DNA of 64,000 nt from Microbotryum violaceum. Taxonomy: Eukaryota. The stretch's first letter is position 1. Each line of letters opens with the position of its first letter. This document shows, piece by piece, positions 39,829 to 51,718 of this stretch. The notes below the pieces were generated by a model, which was not told the DNA's origin, did not search any database, and worked only from the letters and a program-made list of their open reading frames with translations. The DNA lies in contig CDLV01000016.1 in the NCBI GenBank assembly GCA_001244265.2, forward strand, positions 62,001 to 126,000, given 5' to 3'. A program made the translations under genes and the position numbers.

Positions 39829-40128
39829 TGTAAGGCATCCCCTTACAGTTCGGGGGGGAGGTGGGGGTTGCTTCCTGTTCACCACTTTATCTCTCACGTA
39901 CACCACTTCTAGGATCCAATACAGCATCTTACCTGGCTCTCACTTTCCGCGTGTCTCAAGTCTCGTTCGGCATCATTCTCCAGTCTCCGATCTCAGCGTC
40001 TTAGTCTCGTTTTTCGGCTCTCGTAACCCTGTCCCTCGGCTCTACCCCCCTCTCGTCCCTCTCACCTCGGGTCTCCTACGAGCAGACGGTCATACGTATC
40101 CCTTATCTTATCATATCATCTCGATTCA
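39829..40128 (+). mobile_element. Possible degenerate solo LTR between the S28 paralogs
   Basis: Begins TGTAAGGCATCCCCTTACAG, a hairpin like the TGTAAGGCGCGCGCCTTAC start of the 21.7-kb LTR. Pyrimidine-rich body; the 3' end and TSD are unclear. Confidence 0.3.
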
Positions 40129-40171
40129 CCGCTTTGCTATAGCATAGTATCAGAACTCTTGCGTGGCCCGA

Positions 40172-42433
40172 CTACTCGGGCCTCCACCTCCCTCTCTCCT
40201 CCCACTCGCGAAGCCAATGCGCCACAAACTCAATCTCCTGGGAGTGGATAGCGCGGATGGGGCCGGGCTCGCTTCTCGGTCTTCCATTTTGATCCCAATG
40301 ATGAACCTGCCGGTGGAAGCTGACACGCCTAAGAATCAGTGCGGAGCGCTGAAGTTCTACCGACGCAAATTACGCTATCCTTGGAGCAAGAGACTTGAGG
40401 ACTGACCCCGCCTTCAATCATCTTGAAAGGCTCCTCTAGTGTGTCTTTGCGATCTTTTGCGTGGGGGGAATGAGGTGTGGCATACAGCCACGCTGTAAAA
40501 GGTTCGCACAAGCCAAGACGGAGGTTAGACAGTTCGGTTGACGAAATCGATCAGACGAAGCGGGACTCACGGTCCCTCGACCCATCCACGAATGCCAACC
40601 TCGGAGCACGGATCTTGTACCCGCCCCATTTGTTAATCTTCTCGACATTCGGCCGGTTCGGCATCCGCACCACCTTGCCGTCAGGGAAGGCTTTTTGGCA
40701 GATTGCTCTCGTGTACTTGACATCGATGCGGCGCGATACCAAGCGTTCACTTGCATCGGGTGACGACTGTGAAGGAGCACGGAGGAGTGAATGAGCTTAG
40801 AAGACATCACAGCAAGGATTGCAAACCAACAGTGGCCTCCGCGGGCGCGAACTCACGGTGATGAAGTATCCGAACTCGGTGCAATATTGCCACGTCCACG
40901 ACCGCCAGGAGGATTGATCCAATCCGGTCAGGTCCACACCCTCGTTACCAAAACACTCGTCTTGTCTCATCTCGACGGGACAGAGGCTCGCGACATTGGT
41001 GCGGATGTACTGAGCGTACTTGGCCAACTCGGCAAAAGCTTTCGGGTTCGGCCAGCTCCAGCCAAAATGATTGATGCCATCCTCCAGACCGGTATGCGCA
41101 CCTCGAACCTCCGAGGAAACCTCATTTTTTTCATTCGTGAGAGCATCACAGAACTCGTCGAACTTTCGGCTCCCCACAGCCGGGTCCCAATTCTGTCCTT
41201 GCCAGCTTCCCAAGGGGGTGGCCAAAGTATTGACAAAATCGTCCGCCATCGTCACGTTGGGCAGGCCGAACAAGGACTTGAGCGAAGATGTCACGGCATA
41301 GTTCTTGAGGTCGAGAAGCTGGTCGATCAGGTTCGTGTGGTTGATCAGGAGGTTTACGCACTGCCGAGGTGCGGACTTGCGAATCGGCTCGTAGTACTCC
41401 GAAAACTCGGCGATGGCCTTGGTCACCTATTTTTAGAGCCCAAGCACAGCACAGGGGTCAGCTTCCCTCTCCGAATATCGCCGTAGGCCAACTTCTCGCG
41501 CAGGAGGATGACTCTGAGACTTGCCGCGGACGAGGCAATCGCGCCCCAAAACACATCCGGATAGAGTTTCCTTGCGAAGGCCGCCTTGGCTCCGGCGTAC
41601 GATCCACCGCAGTAGATCCAGGGAGCGAGGCTGTTGTTGAAGTGATCAACTCCAGGGAGCTTGACGTTTTGTGCAAAATATTTCGAATCGAGCAATGACA
41701 TCTCGGTCGATAAGAAACGCATCGAGTCCGTGGTCAGGTTTTCAACGGGGAAGGATTCTCCATAGTAGCGATGTTCGAGAATGATCCTGAAAAGTTAAAA
41801 AAGCTATGAGTAGAATGACCGAGATCACATTATCCTGCCGCTCTCACGGAGTCGTAGCTCACCCAATACCGTTGTGAGCCTTGCTCAGGATCTCGAGGAC
41901 TCCCTGGCGCAAGAAGGGAAAGCGGTCTTCGCCATTGGTTTCCCCACCGTCGAGCAAAAAGACCGGACCTCCAGGTTTATCTAATATCCGTTTCGGAGGA
42001 TAAAGGGTTGTTAATGGGCCGAGAAGGCGCCTGCAGTGGAATGGAAAAGTTGATTGAAAAGCTACGCAAGCCTTTGCGATGACCTACAGTGCTCGGCATT
42101 GAACCAATAGCGCTGCTTGAATGTCTCCTTCTCGACCGGCGCGGGGACATCGTCGAGGTGTGACACGCGTTGGTCGAACGTATAAGCCGGGTACTCTGGA
42201 GCAACCGGGGTGGAGAAGCGCAACGTCGAGTGGTCACCAGCGGTAGAGTAGAGCTGGGCCGTTTCAATCTGGGCCTGCTCCTCTCTTCGAAGGTGTCGAT
42301 AGAGCTGCACGGGGACGCGTGGTGCACATAGCAGGTCCGTGCTCTTGTAGGCGGCTCTCCCTCCGTGTATGAACGTGAGGCACAAGAGAATAGACAGCAG
42401 ATGTTTCGTATGGCCCTTCTGCTGGCTCCACAT
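40172..42433 (-). CDS. Secreted serine peptidase family S28, copy 2
   Basis: TFKQRYWFNAEH, GGPVFLLDGGET, ILEHRYYGESFP, YCGGSYAG, YPDVFWGAIASSA, RSWTWQYCTEFGYF, VHHWDQNG. Intron positions match copy 1, with one GC donor. Confidence 0.92.
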
Positions 42434-44150
42434 CGTTTGAAAGAGCTTGGACCTGAATCTGAGTTCAGAGGCAAGTGTTGTAGCGGGCAAAGACGCGACC
42501 GTGCCACGGTCGGCGCCCGCGTAGTCGCTTGACGTTCGACCGCGATGCCGAAATGACGCCGAAATGATCGGTTGAACTTGGCGAGCCTCTGAAGCTCTGA
42601 CTCACTGGACAGTGGCAGCGGAACAGCTGAGGCTCAGGTTGCTGAACCACAGGTAGAAGACCGTCGGGGAGAAACCTGCGCCTTAAAATTGCTATGGAGT
42701 TTTCTGTGAGCTGTTATGTCTGATTGCGACTGCGAAGGGTGCACTAAAGGGGTCATGGTAGTAGGTGTGCACAGAGCCTGGCCGTGCTCCGGGGCCGAGG
42801 GGCCGGTCCGGGCCATAAAGCGATACGGACCCAAATTCGGTGCGAGCATCACGTGACTTTCTCCGCCGTCAACGGCGAGTAAATGCCCTCGCAATCGGCC
42901 CGTTCAGACACTATATCGAGAACAAGGACTGAACGCTTAACCAAAGACTACGGTAGTCGTTGCCCTTGTCAAGGCGCACGTCGAGCGCTTGGCAGTGCAG
43001 GATCACTTAGGCTGAGCGCTCGACATTCAATGTTAACGTTCCAGGTCAGCTGGTCCCAGCCAGTTTGGCAGGCAGGTCGCCCGTGGCGGCACTGGAACGG
43101 AATTTTCTGACGAGGTACTAAAGCAGGTTTGGGCGCGGATCTGCGGGCCGCCCGACTTCCTATTTGGGACGAAGTCCTCGCAGACGAAAGATGCTTGCAA
43201 TCGACGCAAAGCGGCATTGAACAAATGCAGATACACTGAGAGTCGAATTATGCAACTGCCCATTTAGGTGAGAGCTTGCCATGTTTCGTCATGTCTTCTT
43301 GCCTGGCTTCATGTCCCGGCAGACCGAGTCCTCGTCGGCTCTGTCTCAGACCCAGCGCGAGCTGGTCCCTGGCAAGCCGCCGCTCGCAAGCCGTGAACCT
43401 GAGTCGGAAGCATCTCGAAAAATCTTTGTCAGGATCGCCGCTCGTTGGTCATCGTTGAACAACCAGCCCAAGTGAGCAGTGTTGGATATCCTCACTCCCG
43501 TCACTGCTAAGGTCAAGTCGTCAAGGCTACCATCAGCAAGGGGTGCCACTTACTACCAGCCGCCCGTCTAGCACCCCACCACCTTCATCAATCAACTTCT
43601 CCCCGCGCAGTGGTCCCTTCGTGCCCGTCTCGAACGACTTTCCAGCAGCCGCAACGCCAGCCAGCACCGTGACCGTCGGCAGGCACCTGGAGCGCACATA
43701 TAAGCAGCCTGCCACAAATCAACGAAGGCAGCAGCCTCGAGTCCCAACTTAAATAGAGATGATGAGCGCTCTACGATCACGCAGCCCTTTGCCAGCGACA
43801 CCTCACGAAATCAAGACCTATTTCTTGCCATGCACTACCACGACCTCTAGCAATACATGGACATGCTGTGAGTAGCGGTGCCGCGACTTGAAGCAATTGC
43901 AATGTACTTGAGAGAGCAGCCCCAGACCGCCTGCCGACCGCGCATCAGGCTGACTCAGGCCGCCTGCGACGCTGGTTGGCCGGCCGCCGGAGCGGGGCCG
44001 TTTCGGCCACTCGGCCGGAAGGCTTCGGCGCCGCACCCGTGTTCCACGGCGTCTCCTCTCTTTTGAGTCGACTTCGCTGCAGTCCGAACCTGGCGCACAC
44101 ATTCTCTCTGTAAAGCATCGACTCAATTACTGACCCCCAATAACGCTCAG

Positions 44151-45929
44151 ATCTGAACCGGCTGGACCAACTCTTCCTCAGCGAACCAGCCCACGGTTTC
44201 AAAACGCGGCTCATTGTCCTCCTCGGGTGCTTCTCTCTCATCGTCGCGCTTATGGCGACCCAACTGGTGCTGATCGAGGTGGAGCGGCGGCGCAACAAAC
44301 AACCGTACTGGCTCTGGCGATGGATACGAATAGAGAGAGAGCCCTTCCTCGTCACGCACCAGATCCTCATCACGGCCTACAGCGCCCTCGTCGCCGCGGT
44401 CATCAACATCTATGTCGTCTTTGAGTGGCGCATGGTCCTCGACCACGACTCGCAAAAGACGCGCATCGCGCGCAGGTCAACGATATATTTCCCAATGGTG
44501 CTCGGTGGTCTGCTGTGTAGCTTCTCGCTACTTCAGGCGTTCGTCGTCGTGCTGAGCCGCAAGGGCCGGACGTGGTCAAAGTGGACGCTGCGCAGCTGCG
44601 TCGTCGCCTACTTTCTCTGCATCATCCTCTTCACAACCGGGGTTGTCGTCATCGCTGTGATTGGAAGCAAATCGTGAGTTTTCGGATTCTTCTCTCTTTG
44701 TTTTGCATTAGAACACCCTCTTGGCCCCCTCCCTACAATCTGGTGCCGCCCCGCGTGTGTTGGCCGCTGACGGGTCGCTGACTCTGCTTTGCACGACTCG
44801 CAGGTGGACCAATATCTGGTTGCTTTACCAAGGAATTCGGGAGGACATCGTGAAATTGGTCGCCGCTTGGGTGCCGGGCACAACTCCACCAATAACACCC
44901 GCGCTTTACAGCGAGTTCAGACAGCTCCGTGCCACCGCCGCCTCGTCGTTCCGTCAACAATTCATAGCCAAATGGCTCTACACTGCCGTGGCTTTCCTAA
45001 ACCTCGTGGTAAGCTTGTCTTCTTTGGCAATAAGAAGCTGGATATCTTCCCTCGACGTGCTAAATGATCTGACTCCCTGCCTTTATCACTGGATGGGATC
45101 ACAGCTCGCATCGTTGTGCATGGCTCTATGGGCGATGATGCGGCGACAGCTTTCGAGACACTCCGAGAACATGGGCCGCGTCACGAGTGACGGCGAGATT
45201 TTCATCTCGAGCATCCAGGTGGAAATGAACCAGCTCGATGGCGCACAAGAAGAGATAGCCACCAATATGCATACGTTATCTCGCCTCACTTTCGCTCACA
45301 TCTCCAGCCCGATATCCGAGGACGGGCAGGACTACATGGGAGAAAAGGGGGCAGTGCCCGATCAGCAAAGCTCACCTCGGAGCGCGTTCCAAGCATCGAC
45401 AGCCCAACCATGGAAGGACAACCGGGAGCTACGACAAGCGAAGGATTGGGTTCTGATGATGGGAGGCGTGGTTATGATCACCTCGGCTCTGCTGGCGGCT
45501 GTTCTGACGTGGAGTTCAACGTTGATCGTCGTTCCCTTCGCGGCGATTCCCACGAATGACCGCTTTGCCGCGATTACGGAGATGGTCAATTTTCTCTATC
45601 TCTGGGTCTGGGCGATCGTCACACTTCCCTTCGCCGCCACAAACGCGTATCACGCTTGGTGCAAGCTTTCGCACACCATTGCGACTGCTGCACTCGACGA
45701 GTCAGAATCGAATCTGGCGACAGACGCTGGGACCAGAGGTATGCTGCCCTGGAAACCAGCCCGCGCAATCAGGGCGCAGGCTCGTTTCAGCGGCGCTGAG
45801 GAATCGGTGGACGCGTTTTTGCGAAGTTTGGAACCGCAATCCAACCAGATTCGAGCCGAAATGCCGCCGTCTTTGCATATCGGAGTGACCAGGATTGAGG
45901 CGCCAGAGTCGCCCTACTTCTCTGACTGA
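44151..45929 (+). CDS. Orphan seven-transmembrane (GPCR-like) protein, copy A; start codon/first exon not resolved
   Basis: Seven hydrophobic segments with a long loop between TM5 and TM6; highly similar to 51719-53488. An in-frame stop just upstream plus ACTGAC...CTCAG at 44128-44150 imply an upstream exon. Confidence 0.8.
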
Positions 45930-46499
45930 TCGAAATGACCCTCGCGTACACGGATGCGTAGAAGTCGACCTTTCGTCAGTCTTTGACAAGTACAACTCGC
46001 AACATCGGATGTGGGCAAGTTTTAGGGCGTAGCCTGCGGTTCAGGGACTTGCTTTTGATGCAGTATGATGTGACTTTCAGTGTGCTTTTAGTGATTTGCA
46101 GTTTTCAGTGCTTACGATCTAAACCAATGTAGACTATCTAGAAGTAAGACGCGGTACCGATCTTGTGTAACACATGAGCTCAGAGGATAAAACATTGCTT
46201 TTGGAATTTTTGTGTTTGATTTCAAAGGAGCACTGCTGCATGCACCGCGCCATGTCTGGTAGTCTGTCGCCAAGATAAAGGAGTTTGAACTCCACTTGTC
46301 CCACGGCAGCTCGAACCGTTGTCCTGTCGGGAAGGCAGTACCCGGAAGATTACTACTGTTTCTACCGAGCGCAGTATTGAATATCCCGGTCCAGATTGGC
46401 CGATCTTTGCTGAGGAAATAGGTGACACTCCGCCGTCGGCGCCGGAGATAGTGAAGAGCGATGCATCTGGTCCAGTCAAAAAAAAAAAAAATCAGGAAA

Positions 46500-46800
46500 A
46501 TGGCCGAAGCAGAACAGCGACAAGCCTTGACGATTCTTGGTGACTGGCGCTGCCAGATCAATTGCGGAGAGCCCAGTGTCAATCGCAAAGTGGCTGCGCG
46601 CGGGGTAGAACACAAAGGTGGCATTGCTTGGGACGTTGCCACGCGCCTTCTTGGACCGGCGCTAGCATGGGTGACAACAACCGTCAAGTCTTATTAAGAG
46701 GCTGGCTCATGAATGGCACTGGGCACGATTCCAAGAATATTCAATCAGATATGCGAGGAAAACTCAGATCAGGTTTAAGAATGGCATCGAAACTGTTGCT
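46500..46800 (+). mobile_element. Possible degraded retrotransposon gag fragment
   Basis: AT-richer intergenic block. The peptide VATRLLGPALAWVTT resembles the Ty3/gypsy gag L.G.A..W motif and is followed by stops. Confidence 0.25.
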
Positions 46801-47406
46801 TACCTCGGCAGTTAAGAATTCAGGGGCTCCTACAGGGGATCGCCCAGTAGTGCATTTATGACTTGAAACTTAAAACTGAGGGACGAACTTAAGCCTGCCA
46901 ACCCAGTGGCTTGAGCCGGCTTCACTCGATGATCGCAAAGTAAGATTGTCTTTGGTGACCAAACATTTCTCATGGTTGGGGTGTCTACAGGGTTGCTCTT
47001 TCCTTTCCTGATACCAGTGATAACCCGTTAAATTAACGGGATGCATATGATGACATGGGAGGAGGATAATCGAATCGGCTAAATCCCAATGTGAACAAAA
47101 GGACATTTTCTTACAAAACGTCAATATTCGCCGTTGTACTCTTCGAGAGGAGCGTGTAATGTGCTGTAGATTTTACCCAACTCCAAGTCGGCCTCTGCAG
47201 CTCTGCCCCTCCGCCGGCGGGTGGCCTAGCGTGATTTGTAATGAGGGCATGCGGTGAACGAGGCGGGCTTGCTCTCCTCACTCTCTGCGCACGCAAGCCC
47301 CAACTCGCAACTCGCAAACACCAAGCCGTCGACGCTCTCATCCCAAACAACCCACCTCGACGATTGAAACCTTCGTCACAGCCTCCGGACCGCTCCTCCT
47401 TGCACG

Positions 47407-48526
47407 ATGGCGCCTTCCAACTACCACGTGGTGACGTCGCCGGAACACCTGCAGCAAGTGCTGTCGACGGACCTGACGCTCGTGTCGGTGCTCTACTTCC
47501 GTGCCGACTGGGCCGAGCCGTGCCAGCAGATGGACCAGGTCGTGCAGCAGCTCGTGCAGCGATGGGACAAGGTCTTGTTCCTCTCTGTAAGTTGCAACTC
47601 GCGAGTCGGTTCGTCGAGGCGGGCGTGCTTTGTGCTGCTGGCCTACACGCGCGCGCCATCCATTTGCTCGATCGCTAATTGGTCGATGCGATGGCGCTGA
47701 CGGTGATCGCTGGCTGGCTTGACACAGATCGAGGCCGAGTCATTACCCGAGATTTCAGAATCGTTCGAAGTCGATGCCGTACCTTACTTTATCCTACTAC
47801 GAGTTGAGTCCCTGTGCATGTCCCCCGAGCAAGAGTCGTGGTCGATCGTGTCTGACTCTCTTGTCATCCTCCCTACTCTCCTCCACGACTTTGCAAACGC
47901 ACATCAGGGCCACACCTTGTTGACAAGACTGAGTGGTGCTCAACCTTCGGTGCTCGCATCGGCCATCAACCTGCACGTCAACAACAAGGCCGCGCTCGCA
48001 GGGCAATCGACCACCTCGGCACGACCGACCCAACCCCAAACACGCTACGACCCCAGCTCTTCCTCTTCCTCCCCTCCCAGAACAACGCCACATCCCGATG
48101 GGCACATCACAGCTACACGCGATTCGGACGAGTCGGACGAAGATCTGACGACAAGGTGTCATGAGTTGATGAAGCAATCCGACGTCGTGCTCTTCATGAA
48201 AGGGGACCGAAAGACCCCGAGGTGTGGCTTCTCGAGCAAGATCGTCAACATCCTCAATGAGCAGGATGTCGAGTTTACGACGTTTGATATCTTGTCTGAT
48301 GATGGGGTGCGACAAAGTAGGTGTGCTCCTTTGCCGAGACCCGTTCCGAGCTTCGGCTGCTGATTACCCTCCTTCTTTCGTATTCCACCCACTCCTCATA
48401 GAGCTGAAGAACCTCAACGACTGGCCCACGTTCCCCCAACTCATCATCAAGGGCGAGTTCGTCGGTGGCTTGGACGTCGTCAAGGAGATGGTCGAGAATG
48501 GCGAACTCAAGGAGATGCTCGCTTGA
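47407..48526 (+). CDS. GRX4: Monothiol glutaredoxin Grx3/4 (thioredoxin-like + CGFS Grx domain)
   Basis: [67 protein letters not shown]. Confidence 0.96.
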
Positions 48527-48663
48527 TCCCATCGGCTCCAAGCGCTGTTCCAGATCAATGTCGATATCCTTTTTTGTGCAATTTCACCTTGAGGGAAAAC
48601 ATCGTTCCACTGTGTGTGTACAAATATCTTGGAAAAGTACGCTCAGATCGTCTACGGAGTGCT

Positions 48664-50031
48664 TTAAGGCCAATACTCCTCTAAGCACTTGCCCAATTCA
48701 CCTCGCACAATCATACGCTCCATCTCCACCGTATCCCATCCACCTTCTTTCAAACAGCTCTCAACGCCCCATCGCTCCCCCTCTGAGATCCTAACCAATC
48801 CAGCGATCATCTTCTCCAACCCTTTCAACCGATCTCTCCGCTCCTCCCCCACCTCATCAAAGAAAGTACATCTTTTCCTCACCCACTCTGAATCGACCGG
48901 ATGTGACTGAAAGATGAAATAACCGAAATTAGGCAAAGCTCTCGCTTCCGGCCAAGTTTGTAAAGTTGGGGTTCCCAAGGTGGAAAAAATGGAAGCCAGG
49001 AGGGAGAAATCGGTGGGGTTTCGCGAAGGGAGTGTGAAGAGTCTTTGACGGTTCGGTCGTTGAGGAGGTGCGGGATTTTGGGTAGGACGAGAGGAATGGG
49101 TTAAAGGGGGTTCGGACCAATATCCATCTTGGGGGTCCGAATTAGAATTAGAATCCGAGTCGTCAGAGTCGGGGTCCCGAGTAGAGTTTTCGAATGGGGT
49201 CCAGAATTCAGCCAAGGTGCAGCCCAACATCCAGTGATCCAATCCTTTCGGATCGTAAGCGTTGGAGCCAAAGATCAACTCGGGTGCTCGATAGGGGAGA
49301 GTACCGAAATCGTGTTCTAGACCTTTGGGACCATCGACGAAGGGGAAATCGGACGCGGAGGAAGAAGTCCCGGGGGTGGGTAGGCAGCACCCAAAGTCGA
49401 TCAGTTTGAGACGGCCGTTGGAGGCGATGACGATGTTGGATGGGTTGAGATCGCGATGGGCTAGGTTGAGGGTGTGGTGGAGATGGTCGAGCGCTTGGAC
49501 GAGTTGGTGGGAGAGAGCGAGGACGAGGAAAAGGAACGAGGGTGAGGAGGGTACAAAGGAAGAATTGTCGAGCAAGGCTCGTAAGCTGTAAGGGTAGAAT
49601 GGGGTCAGGATCGAGTAGTGGGTCGAGGAAGCGTACGCATTCAACAGCGTGAGCACCTGCGTATATAAAACTCTCGAGGCGTTCAGAATGGACTACGGGC
49701 AGACCGTAACGAGTGGTTTGCGATGGCCTACATTGGCGTGCGGCGGGGACGAAGCGAGTGCGCTGATCTCCCTGCCAATGTGGTGTGGTCTCCGCTGGTG
49801 CGCCTCGAGGTGGGTGACCACTTTGATGACGATACGATCCTGAGCTCCGTCTTGGGCGATGTGAGCGGTGAGCGGTTGTGACAGGGAAGCGACAAAGTGA
49901 CGTGAAGCTGGTCCCGAGGCAAGTGGGGCCACGCTCGAGCCGATCACGTGCACGCCCGAGCCTTGCAGCGTTCCACCGGTGTGTAGGGTGGGGGAGTGCT
50001 CGAGGTTGTAGTGCTCGACTTGGAGTGTCAT
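48664..50031 (-). CDS. Divergent CMGC protein kinase, Csk1/Cak1-like CDK-activating kinase candidate
   Basis: IVIK, RPHHIGREISAL, HANVLTLL, AHRDLNPSNIVI, LIDFG, GTLPYRAPELIFG, IFSTLGTPTLQTWPEA. No canonical GxGxxG loop; one intron ~49657-49730. Confidence 0.8.
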
Positions 50032-50156
50032 CGTGCCATGGTCGGAGCGGGCGGTGTTGGTGGGAAAGAGCGTGACACTGCGCAGAACTTGAAGCCGAGC
50101 CCGACAGCCGGCGGCGTGTCAAGTGGGGGCAAGTTGCGCGGTCGAAAATGGTGATT

Positions 50157-50238
50157 AGAGCCGAGGCGGTGATACTAATTCAAATTGAAACCCCCACGCT
50201 GTTGATCAGAGCCGAAGCGGTAATATACTAATTCAATT
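50157..50238. promoter_or_regulatory. Duplicated ~28-bp motif in the short divergent promoter between the kinase and Med27
   Basis: AGAGCCGAGGCGGTGATACTAATTCAA and AGAGCCGAAGCGGTAATATACTAATTCAA; the two ATGs are ~320 bp apart, head to head. Confidence 0.5.
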
Positions 50239-50348
50239 TCCCCTAGGCCGTGCTAATCAGGAGTTGCTTCTGGTCTCTCTCCGCTCGTCGTGCTCGTGTG
50301 CTGTCAAGAGCAAGAGGGGCGGGGGAGCGACAACAACTCGACTCCACT

Positions 50349-51438
50349 ATGGCCACCACAGCAGGACTTCCCTCGCAATCTCCCGCACCTCCACCAGGCT
50401 CCTCGAACACGATCCCGTCCGAGATCAGCTCGCTCGAGTGCCTGTTGACGACCCTCGATCGAGTGCGCCAAGCGTTGCCCACGATCCTGCGTTCGTTCAG
50501 CTCCAACACCAGCTCGAACTCGATCGATGCCCTTTCCCGAGCCTACCACAGCTCGTCCGTGGAAGCAGTCGCTGCCCTTCGGACGCTAGGCGATCAACTG
50601 ACCGTGCTGGACCCGATCCTCGTCCGGGCGCACAAGAGCCAAGCGGACGATCCAACGGGCATACTCGTCAAGGCCAGGGTGGACCACACTCAGCAACTAC
50701 ACGCGCCCGATGACACGTTGTGGATCCAGCTGAACGCGCTTGCACAACACAAGCGACAGAAGCGCCTGCAGCAGCAACAGCAGATCGGCAAACGGTTCGG
50801 CACTCTTTCCCACTCGCGATCGTCTCGACGAACCTACCCGCACGAACCAGCGACGTTTGCCCCACCCCAGAATCGACACCAGTTACACGCCATACTACAG
50901 GAGTGGAAGGTGCGCCATGCCGACAACGTACTGCAATGCGAAATCGACCAAAGTGGCATCGACTTTGCTCCCGAAACGACCGAGATCAAATTCGTCCTCC
51001 GATCCGTCATGAAGGCCTACATCTCGATCCATTGGCAGACCCCGACCAAGAGCGATGATCAAGGTGACCCTATAGCAATACCTCAAGTCGAACGAGTCGC
51101 TTGTTTTGGATTGAATGAAACGGTCAGTACCGAAGAACCGACTCGTCTGTCCAGCCCCGTGTGCTCACTTCCGTCCCACCTCCACCGAATCACAGAAATC
51201 GAGCTATCTCGCATCGCAATACGTTCTGTTCCAGAACCTGACCCGAACAGCGATGGGCCTGATCGAAGGGACAAGATCAACCTTTGGCGAGCCGGTCTCA
51301 GGGACTCAAACTGATTTGGAGCAAGTCCTGGTGCGTAAACTCTTTTGCTTCGTCTTCAAAAAATAATGGCGGATGTTGACCAAAGGGGATCTCTTCGCAA
51401 TGCAGACGTTTTTAACCAACCCGCCACTGCCGTTTTGA
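50349..51438 (+). CDS. MED27: Mediator subunit Med27-like protein
   Basis: N-terminal helical LTTLDRVRQALPTIL. C-terminal FVLRSVMKAYISI...VERVACFGLNE/KSSYLASQYVLFQNLTRTA matches my recollection of the Med27 motif (v.gfnE...S.y.vFqk.T). Confidence 0.7.
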
Positions 51439-51718
51439 CATAGCGAGAAGAAAGAGAGAGAACAACAAATCTCAACCTGTTGTATCACCCTTTAGCGCTG
51501 GTCGCTGTCGAGACATCGCTCGCGAGAGAGGACAAAGAGAGCTCGGGATCAACTTCTTCGAGCTAAAGCTACACACTTGGTGATTGATTGACAACATGAG
51601 GAGGGGGCTTCAAACGCCAGACTAAGCAAAGATAGATATGCATACATACAACAGTGATTTCCGCAACGCTTCCGAAAAACAAGAATCCAACCACGTCCGT
51701 CGCTAAAAAAGGTGGACA

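Noticed and set aside
43281..43475. EASRKIFVRIAARWSSLNNQPK, resembling an HMG-box helix
   Set aside because: Isolated short match with no supporting gene structure.
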